A DNA stretch of 58,428 nucleotides from positions 1 to 58,428 of the forward strand of contig JAHJBA010000055.1 in the NCBI GenBank assembly GCA_018813625.1, given 5' to 3'. The notes under the pieces are model-generated. The model worked only from the letters and a program-made list of their open reading frames with translations. It did no database searches and was not told the origin of the DNA. A program made the translations under genes and the position numbers. Shown piece after piece: positions 51,976-58,428 of the stretch (position 1 is the first letter of the stretch; each line of letters starts with the position of its first letter). Origin of the DNA: Patescibacteria group bacterium. Lineage in GTDB: Bacteria; Patescibacteriota; Minisyncoccia; Phycocordibacterales; UBA9973.

Positions 51976-53703
51976 TTAATATACTTCCTGTTGATAACAT
52001 TTCTCACAAAAAACTATTTCAGGTCTGTCCGGAGCATAAGAAGTCTCGAATTCTACTTCACAGTGTTTATCCCCATGGAAATGGCTGATTTTGTCACACA
52101 TGCATTGTCTATGCCAGAGTTTCATTGGATTTTTTAATTTCATTCTTTCTTTATTTCTTTCATCTGGATGAAATCTTGGAATTGGAATATTCATCCTTTT
52201 ATAAAATTCTAATTCAAATTTTGTTAATTTAAATGCCCTACCTGATTTTTCACATTCTATAACTTCATCTAATATAGAATCATCAATGTCTTTAATATTG
52301 TCAGAAATATCTTTCGCTTTTAATGTAATAACATATTTATTATCAACTTTTTCTTTATATGGATATCCCTTTTCTATTATTTCCTCTTTTGTTAACGGAA
52401 AATGATCATTTGTTACTGATTCATTGTAACCATGAGGACAAAATTCATACGGAAAAAATTCACCATATTTATATATCCTACCTCTTTTATCTGTATACGG
52501 CATTTCGTCCATATGTTTTTTAATTTTTTCTACCATCTCAAAATACTCTTCTTTTTCATATTGTTTATTTAAAATACAATACTTTCTATTTTTTAATGCA
52601 ATACAACCAAATAGATAACTGGAAGATCTACAAACATCTGTATATTCAACATTATTTAGAGCGGGTGCTCCGTTTACTACAAATTTAACATTTGACCCAT
52701 TTTCTGAACCACCAGAAGAATGCTCATAAGCTAATTCTGCCCATGAATGACAAACATCCATAGAATCTTTTGCATGAGTAATCCTATACCCATATTTAAT
52801 ATTATGGTTATCATGTCCCTTAAAAGAATAAGAAAGATTTTTAGAATCTAAAAGTTCATCCCCATTTGAATTAACACAATTTATTATTCGTCCATATTTT
52901 CTTGGAAATCCCAATGAAAAATTCCAAAATTTAGTAAAGGTTTTTTGGGTAAATTTATAACTTCCAATATTAAAATCTTTTATTTTCTTTAAATATTCTT
53001 CCCTGGAAAATTGTTTGTTCCAGATGCAATAATTTTTATTTCTAAGATTCACACAACCAAAACAATTCTGACAATTTATACAATCTAAAATAAAATTAGA
53101 ATCTATACAACTTGAGGACCAATAAGAATACTGACAATTATAATTTTTTGTACTGCCAATATTTTGGTACAGTAATTGACTATTTATTATATTATATGAA
53201 TCAACTATTTCTTTAGAATTATCAATATTACTTGAAAAGTATACGCTCTCCGAGCCTAGAAGAGTAGAATATGAAAGATACACATCTTTAACATCTTTAA
53301 CATAATTACAATATTCAGAATTTAAATTTTTACCTATTTTCCAAAGTGATTGACGTGGTATTGTGTTAAATAATTCTTGCCATTGTTTAAAAAAATTTTT
53401 AGAAAAATCATATTTTTGATTGTACTTACCTGGATCCCAAGCGTCACTCCACCAACACTCTGGACAATACACAGGAAAAGGAACTCCGTCATCGTACATA
53501 GAAATAATATTTTTCTTGCACATATCACAACTTCTCTTATATAAAGATCTTTCGTTTCTCCAAATCATTCGACGAACAAAACGACAATGTGGACAAAAAG
53601 TCGGCGGAGGAACTTTTATCTTTTCATAAAAGTTAAAATCTTCAGATTCTATAGTGAAGTCTTTTTTACAATTCTGGCAATTTTTAACTTCACTATTATG
53701 CAT
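51976..53703 (-). CDS. Cys-rich zinc-ribbon-bracketed protein, paralog B
   Basis: 575 aa. N-terminal residues CQNCKKDFTIESEDFNFYEKIKVPPPTFCP are identical to A. The third ribbon is degenerate (CEKSGRAF / FHPDER). Ends CEKCYQQEVY. Confidence 0.75.
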   Translation of the reverse strand: MHNSEVKNCQNCKKDFTIESEDFNFYEKIKVPPPTFCPHCRFVRRMIWRNERSLYKRSCDMCKKNIISMYDDGVPFPVYCPECWWSDAWDPGKYNQKYDFSKNFFKQWQELFNTIPRQSLWKIGKNLNSEYCNYVKDVKDVYLSYSTLLGSESVYFSSNIDNSKEIVDSYNIINSQLLYQNIGSTKNYNCQYSYWSSSCIDSNFILDCINCQNCFGCVNLRNKNYCIWNKQFSREEYLKKIKDFNIGSYKFTQKTFTKFWNFSLGFPRKYGRIINCVNSNGDELLDSKNLSYSFKGHDNHNIKYGYRITHAKDSMDVCHSWAELAYEHSSGGSENGSNVKFVVNGAPALNNVEYTDVCRSSSYLFGCIALKNRKYCILNKQYEKEEYFEMVEKIKKHMDEMPYTDKRGRIYKYGEFFPYEFCPHGYNESVTNDHFPLTKEEIIEKGYPYKEKVDNKYVITLKAKDISDNIKDIDDSILDEVIECEKSGRAFKLTKFELEFYKRMNIPIPRFHPDERNKERMKLKNPMKLWHRQCMCDKISHFHGDKHCEVEFETSYAPDRPEIVFCEKCYQQEVY

Positions 53704-53705
53704 AA

Positions 53706-54791
53706 TTAAATCCCCTCTTTTTTGAGCTGTTCGACAAGATCTTGTGCCTTTCGAGAAAGCTTATTAGGAAGCTTAATATTTAATTTAATTAGAAGATCAC
53801 CGCGCTTAGTTTTAGAAACAGGCACCCCTTTTCCCTTCACACGCAGAATTTCATTTATTTTTACGCCTTCAGGAATCTTAACTTTTATCTCGCCGTCTAG
53901 TGTTTCAATAGGATATTCAGCACCCAAAAGAGCGTCAGATAATTTTAAATTCAAATTCATTACTAGGTCATGACCTTCTCTTTTAAATGTCGGATGTGGT
54001 GTAACATTTATTTTTATATACAAATCTCCGGAAGTCCCTTTTGAAATTGCCTCCCCCATTCCGGACAGGCGAATCATCTCACCATCGCGAATACCTGCGG
54101 GAATATTAATAGAAATCTCTTCTTCACGTCGTAACACCCCAGCACCCTTACATTTATCGCATTTTTCAGTCGGAACCTGCCCAGAACCTAAGCATTCTTC
54201 ACAGATTCTTGTGCTTTGAATAGAACCAAGAAATGATCTTTTAATTTCACGTATTTTTCCTTGACCATTGCAATATTTACAAGTATTCATCTTTGTCCCC
54301 GCTTTCGCCCCAGATCCGTTACAAGTAGTACAATTCGAAGTTTTTGTAATTAAAATTTTTCTATTAACACCGAAAACAGCTTCAGAAAAAGAAATTTGTA
54401 TTTCGGTAGAAATATCTCTGCCACGACGAACCTTTGCTCTACCTCCTCCGCCTCCTGTAAAGAAATCAGAAAAAATATCATTTAAATTTCCAAAATCAAA
54501 TTCTGTTCCCCCATTTTGAAATCCAGAAAAATCGAAACCTCCAAAACCGCCTTGCTGATATCCACCAGCTCCACCCATATTTTCGAAACCAGGACCAAAT
54601 TGATCATATTTCGAACGCCTAGCGTCATCAGAAAGTATTTGATAAGCCTCGTTCACTTCCTTGAATTTCTTTTCATCTCCACCTTTCTTGTCTGGATGAT
54701 ATTTATGCGCCATCTTATAAAAAGCCTTCTTTATTTCGTCCTTCGACGCACTTTTATTTACACCTAATATTTCATAATAGTCTTTACTCAT
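53706..54791 (-). CDS. dnaJ: Chaperone DnaJ (type I)
   Basis: 361 aa with a J domain (YHPDKK), G/F-rich linker, four CxxCxGxG motifs ([32 protein letters not shown]) and a C-terminal domain. Confidence 0.92.
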   Translation of the reverse strand: MSKDYYEILGVNKSASKDEIKKAFYKMAHKYHPDKKGGDEKKFKEVNEAYQILSDDARRSKYDQFGPGFENMGGAGGYQQGGFGGFDFSGFQNGGTEFDFGNLNDIFSDFFTGGGGGRAKVRRGRDISTEIQISFSEAVFGVNRKILITKTSNCTTCNGSGAKAGTKMNTCKYCNGQGKIREIKRSFLGSIQSTRICEECLGSGQVPTEKCDKCKGAGVLRREEEISINIPAGIRDGEMIRLSGMGEAISKGTSGDLYIKINVTPHPTFKREGHDLVMNLNLKLSDALLGAEYPIETLDGEIKVKIPEGVKINEILRVKGKGVPVSKTKRGDLLIKLNIKLPNKLSRKAQDLVEQLKKEGI

Positions 54792-54807
54792 AGTATTTAT
54801 TTTAGAA

Positions 54808-56364
54808 TTATATCATAGGTTCAACCTCTTGGGAAGTCTTTTTGCTTACTTGTTTTTTCCCGGCACCCTGACTATCGTCAGAGATCGGGAAACCAACCTC
54901 TTCAGACGTCGGGGCTTCATCGTCTTCTTTTACTTCCTGTTTGTTTTTTAATTTTCTTTTAGCTTTTCCTTCGATTATTGCTTTTTCTTCTGCGCTTCTT
55001 ATAATTGAGGCCTCCTCCTCGGCAATAAGATTTGCAGCGGCATCTTTAGCAATGGTATATTTTCTGTGAGATGCCTCGTAAATTTCTTTTTTATATGAAT
55101 GATGAGTCGGAGGCAAAACTCGCAAAGTTTCCGCTGAAAATGGATCATAAGATTCACCATCAATTGTCATTTTTACGTAAATTTCACCAACTGCAAGGTT
55201 AATCATATCTTTGACATCAAAAACTGGAGAAAACTCCGGCTTCATTTTAACGGCATCTTCTCCTCCAACACGGAAAGTAATAATACTACCGCAATTACCA
55301 AGCACCGCCTGGTGAACTCGAGTAATAACTTGACCGACATATTGGTGCGCAATAGTAAGGTTCAGGGCATATTTTCTAGCTTCCGATAAAATATTTTCAA
55401 AAGTTTGGGTGACAACATTTTGAAACTCATCTACGTATAAATAAAAATCCTTACGCTCACTTTCCGGTATGGCTGCGCGTTCCATTCCGGCTTGTTTTAT
55501 TTTTGTTAGAAAAATTGAACCAAGAAAACTGGAATTTTCTTCTCCCAAACGGCCCTTGGAAAGATTGATGAGAATAATTTTTCCTTCATTCATCAATTTA
55601 CTAATATCTATTTTATTTTCTTTCTGTCCAAAAATATTTCTAAGCAACGGATCTGAGAGAAATTGTCCCAATTTATTTACCAAAGGAATAATGGCATCCG
55701 TATCAAATTTTTCTGACCAGTCAGCAAATTCTATAGCGAAGAATCTTTTGACCATATCATCGGTAATGTATTCAACAACTTTTTGTCTGTAATTTCTGTC
55801 CGTAAGCATTGAAATCATCCCGCGCATCGTGGCATGCGGATAATCAAGCAGAGCCAGACAAGTAAAACGAAAAACGTGCTCCAGTCGAGGCGTCCAGTTT
55901 GCTCCAAATTGTTTTTGGAAAACTTCAATTAATCCTTGAGTAAGCTGAAATTTAAACATCGGATCAACATTTGCAAGTGGATTAAATGATGCTGGAAAAT
56001 CAACATCAGAAGGATCAATAATACAAACATCTTCTATTCGTTCTTTTGGTATATAATCAAGAATCGCATCCATTGTCTCTCCGTGCGGATCAATAAGACA
56101 TAAGCCATGGTTATATGTTACATCCTGCCTGATTAAAAGTTCTAATAGCTTAGACTTTCCGACGCCGGATTTTCCAAGAATATAAAGATGCCTTCTGCGA
56201 TCTACTCTTTTGATTCCAAAAATAAATTTTTTTTCTTCCAAGGCTGCAACATAGTTTGTTCGTCCAATAAAAGAAACCTCCGCTGGGTCGAATCTTCCAA
56301 AAACCGGTAATTCCGGTGGAGGTGGAGCATATTTTATCAGTTGAACTCGATTTGGCTTTGCCAT
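54808..56364 (-). CDS. Soluble TraD/VirD4 (T4CP)-like P-loop NTPase
   Basis: 518 aa with Walker [10 protein letters not shown], Walker [11 protein letters not shown] and [16 protein letters not shown], a coupling-protein-like motif. No TM segment. K/E-rich low-complexity tail. Confidence 0.55.
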   Translation of the reverse strand: MAKPNRVQLIKYAPPPPELPVFGRFDPAEVSFIGRTNYVAALEEKKFIFGIKRVDRRRHLYILGKSGVGKSKLLELLIRQDVTYNHGLCLIDPHGETMDAILDYIPKERIEDVCIIDPSDVDFPASFNPLANVDPMFKFQLTQGLIEVFQKQFGANWTPRLEHVFRFTCLALLDYPHATMRGMISMLTDRNYRQKVVEYITDDMVKRFFAIEFADWSEKFDTDAIIPLVNKLGQFLSDPLLRNIFGQKENKIDISKLMNEGKIILINLSKGRLGEENSSFLGSIFLTKIKQAGMERAAIPESERKDFYLYVDEFQNVVTQTFENILSEARKYALNLTIAHQYVGQVITRVHQAVLGNCGSIITFRVGGEDAVKMKPEFSPVFDVKDMINLAVGEIYVKMTIDGESYDPFSAETLRVLPPTHHSYKKEIYEASHRKYTIAKDAAANLIAEEEASIIRSAEEKAIIEGKAKRKLKNKQEVKEDDEAPTSEEVGFPISDDSQGAGKKQVSKKTSQEVEPMI

Positions 56365-56407
56365 ATACTTGCTTATTTTACTATGATTTTAGGTTATTTT
56401 CAAATCT

Positions 56408-58114
56408 TTAATATACTTCTTTTTTATAACAATCTTTGCAAAAAATTTTAGGTGCTTCATCTTCTGTATAATGAGTTTTAAAATAAATACCACATTTATC
56501 ACACACTCTATCTATTTCTTTCATCTGAGAAACCCACGTTTTTACTTTTTCTTCTATTCTACAAAATGGACATTGTCTAGAAAGTGGCACATTTAATTTT
56601 TTTACCAAATCTATTTCTTGACTTACTATTTTATATCCTCGTGGACAAGTACTACATTGGATAACTTCTTTTAATATTTCATTGGAAGTATCTTTTATGT
56701 TATCAGGTAAATCCGTGTAATTTATAGTTATCGGATATTTTTCAAAAAAATGATCATGCCATCTTAATTTATAATCTTCAACTTCATTTTTTGTTTTTGA
56801 AAATAAAAAATTGGCATAAGAATTATTATAAGCATGTGGAGAAAATTCCATTGGAAAAAATTCTCCATATCTATATACATTTCCTTTTTTATCTACATAT
56901 GGCATATCTTCCATGTGCTTTATTATTTTCTCACGTAATTTAAAATACTCTTCCTTGCTATATTGCTTATTTAAAATACAATACTTTTTATTTCTAATAG
57001 AGATACATCCAAAATAATCAGATCCTCCGACAACTGACTTACAATATTCTGCATCATTCAATCCCCAACCAGATTCATGACTAAATTTTACATTAAAAGG
57101 GCTTTCTCCAACAGTCACACATTCGTAAATCAATTCAGCATTCATGCCCCAATCAACATAATCATAACTATCCTTCGTTGAACCATCTCTAATAAGCATA
57201 AGATATTTTGAATCTTCACAAGATGTAACATCAAAACATTGTTTGCAATTTTTAGATCTAAAAACATAACTACCTGAAACATTATTACTTTGAGTTTCCC
57301 ATACTGGCTGAGGTAATGTATTTTTAAAATATTCCTGTGCTTTTTCTTTCCAATATATATATTCTTTATAGGAGCCTAAATCAATATTATTTATTTTCTT
57401 TTTGTATTCTTCCTCAGAAAATTTTTCACCCATAAATACATATGAACCATTTTTTATATTTGCTACTCCAAAGCAATGGTGTGCACCTTCACAATCTCTA
57501 ATAAAAGCACTATCATAACAAAATCTGTTATTACTTATTGATCCATATATATTGTATGATTTAAAAAGATTTGAACAATCAAAACATTTTTCTGAATCCA
57601 TAACAACAGAACATATATATAAATCCTTATTTCTAGTCAACCAAAAATCAGAAACACAATCTTCGTTGTAATCTGAAAAATAAACCATATAACAATTCCT
57701 TGAATGAGCTACATGATTTACATATGGTGAAGTTTTAATGGTTGCAGAATCTACGTGAAGAGCTAAAACAGGGGTTTTACATAAGAGTTCTTTCCATTGT
57801 TCTAAGAATGGTTTATTAAAATCAATCTCTATACCAAAACTTAATGGATCCCAATTGTCACTCCACCAACATTTTACACAGTAAACAGTAAAAGGAGCAT
57901 TAGGTTCATACATTGAAAGTCCTTCTTCCCCACACAAATCACATTTCCTTTTAAACAAAGTAAAACTTGGCATCCAAGCAAGCCTTCTTTGCAATCGACA
58001 ATTTGGACAAAAAGTCGGAAGAGGAACTTTGATTTTTTCGTAAAAGTTAAAATCCTCAGGTTCTATAACAAAATCATGTTTACAGTTCTGACATTGTTTT
58101 GTTTCATTTTCCAT
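56408..58114 (-). CDS. Cys-rich zinc-ribbon-bracketed protein, paralog C
   Basis: 568 aa. N-terminus CQNCKHDFVIEPEDFNFYEKIKVPLPTFCPNCR. C-terminal ribbons CSTC/CPFC and CDKC/CKDC. Ends CKDCYKKEVY. Confidence 0.75.
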   Translation of the reverse strand: MENETKQCQNCKHDFVIEPEDFNFYEKIKVPLPTFCPNCRLQRRLAWMPSFTLFKRKCDLCGEEGLSMYEPNAPFTVYCVKCWWSDNWDPLSFGIEIDFNKPFLEQWKELLCKTPVLALHVDSATIKTSPYVNHVAHSRNCYMVYFSDYNEDCVSDFWLTRNKDLYICSVVMDSEKCFDCSNLFKSYNIYGSISNNRFCYDSAFIRDCEGAHHCFGVANIKNGSYVFMGEKFSEEEYKKKINNIDLGSYKEYIYWKEKAQEYFKNTLPQPVWETQSNNVSGSYVFRSKNCKQCFDVTSCEDSKYLMLIRDGSTKDSYDYVDWGMNAELIYECVTVGESPFNVKFSHESGWGLNDAEYCKSVVGGSDYFGCISIRNKKYCILNKQYSKEEYFKLREKIIKHMEDMPYVDKKGNVYRYGEFFPMEFSPHAYNNSYANFLFSKTKNEVEDYKLRWHDHFFEKYPITINYTDLPDNIKDTSNEILKEVIQCSTCPRGYKIVSQEIDLVKKLNVPLSRQCPFCRIEEKVKTWVSQMKEIDRVCDKCGIYFKTHYTEDEAPKIFCKDCYKKEVY

Positions 58115-58137
58115 ATTATTTCTATTCTATAATTCTA
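58112..58137 (-). promoter_or_regulatory. Repeated upstream element, copy 1 (in front of paralog C, overlapping the arsR 3' end)
   Basis: Minus strand reads TAGAATTATAGAATAGAAATAAT-ATG, 24/26 identical to copy 2. TAGAAT lies 9 nt from the ATG. ATTCTA-N8-TAGAAT inverted repeat at 58132-58151. Confidence 0.45.
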
Positions 58138-58394
58138 ACGAATTGTAGAATACTTTTACCACGATTGGTAAGTTTATGTCGTACAATATTACCCTCACTT
58201 CTCTTCATGAGAAGTCCTGATATAGCCATTTTATTCATATGAGCAGATATATTTTTAAACTCTGATTTTAATTTGTCAGATACCTCCTGCACAGACAATT
58301 CTGGCTCTTTGCCTAATAATTCAAGTATTTGTAATCTTCTATGATTAGCAAAACCTTTGACTATCCTTTCCAATTCCCTGTTTGATTTTTTCAT
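58122..58394 (-). CDS. ArsR/SmtB-family winged-helix transcriptional regulator
   Basis: 90 aa with FANHRRLQILELL...LSVQEVSDKL...NISAHMNKMAISGLL, a typical ArsR HTH. No metal-binding Cys is apparent. Confidence 0.75.
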   Translation of the reverse strand: MKKSNRELERIVKGFANHRRLQILELLGKEPELSVQEVSDKLKSEFKNISAHMNKMAISGLLMKRSEGNIVRHKLTNRGKSILQFVRIIE

Positions 58395-58423
58395 AATTTT
58401 TCTATTCTATAATTCTATAGAAT
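58392..58423 (-). promoter_or_regulatory. Repeated upstream element, copy 2, plus a perfect 12-bp palindrome upstream of arsR
   Basis: Minus strand reads ATTCTATAGAAT-TATAGAATAGAAAAATT-ATG. The palindrome ATTCTATAGAAT is at 58412-58423 and TATAGAAT is tandemly duplicated. The window ends 5 nt further upstream. Confidence 0.45.
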
Positions 58424-58428
58424 ATTAG

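Noticed and set aside
54808-56364. TraD/VirD4-like NTPase as evidence for a conjugative or integrative element
   Set aside because: No relaxase, VirB4, integrase, oriT-like repeat or att site accompanies it in the window. The protein also lacks the N-terminal TM anchor of true coupling proteins.

Overview
AT-rich, very densely packed 58.4-kb window that uses the standard code (TGA is a stop, e.g. the valS/prsW ATGA junction). The content is almost entirely core housekeeping of a reduced-genome bacterium. Several enzymes are size-reduced (AspRS without its GAD insertion, ~314-aa MetK, 722-aa ValRS, GlmU uridyltransferase domain only) and most starts lack a Shine-Dalgarno sequence. Together with the fragmented dcw cluster, this suggests a CPR/Patescibacteria-like lineage; that is inference only.

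Called features:
- Three separate division/peptidoglycan blocks: mraZ-rsmH-ftsL-ftsI-murF, ftsA-ftsZ, and scpA-scpB-dac-mraY-ftsW-murG.
- Six aminoacyl-tRNA synthetases: lysS, valS, gltX, aspS, trpS, cysS.
- Six tRNAs: Ser-CGA, Glu-UUC, Val-GAC, Phe-GAA, Arg-CCU, Gly-CCC.
- Other housekeeping genes: greA, rpsU, ybeY, trxB, gdhA, tsaD, hsp20, pepA, dnaB, recR, rplU, metK, speB, dnaJ.
- No rRNA, CRISPR array, transposase or integrase was seen.

Most unusual content:
1. An ArsR-headed, co-directional block at 50.3-58.4 kb. Three paralogous ~570-aa Cys-rich proteins bracketed by zinc ribbons are interleaved with an orphan dnaJ and a soluble TraD/VirD4-like P-loop NTPase. This is my best candidate for an undescribed system.
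2. tRNA-associated oddities: a tRNA-Ser nested inside a perfect 21-bp inverted repeat and a tRNA-like GC-rich shell, a 5' tRNA-Glu fragment, and a duplicated tRNA-Arg 3' end.
3. An orphan promoter-to-terminator unit of about 177 nt, a candidate sRNA.
4. A methylaspartate ammonia-lyase homolog embedded in the cell-wall gene array.
5. Near-consensus -10 boxes only 6-9 nt upstream of several ATGs, suggesting leaderless mRNAs.

All calls come from reading the sequence and the translations by eye. No database search was run.
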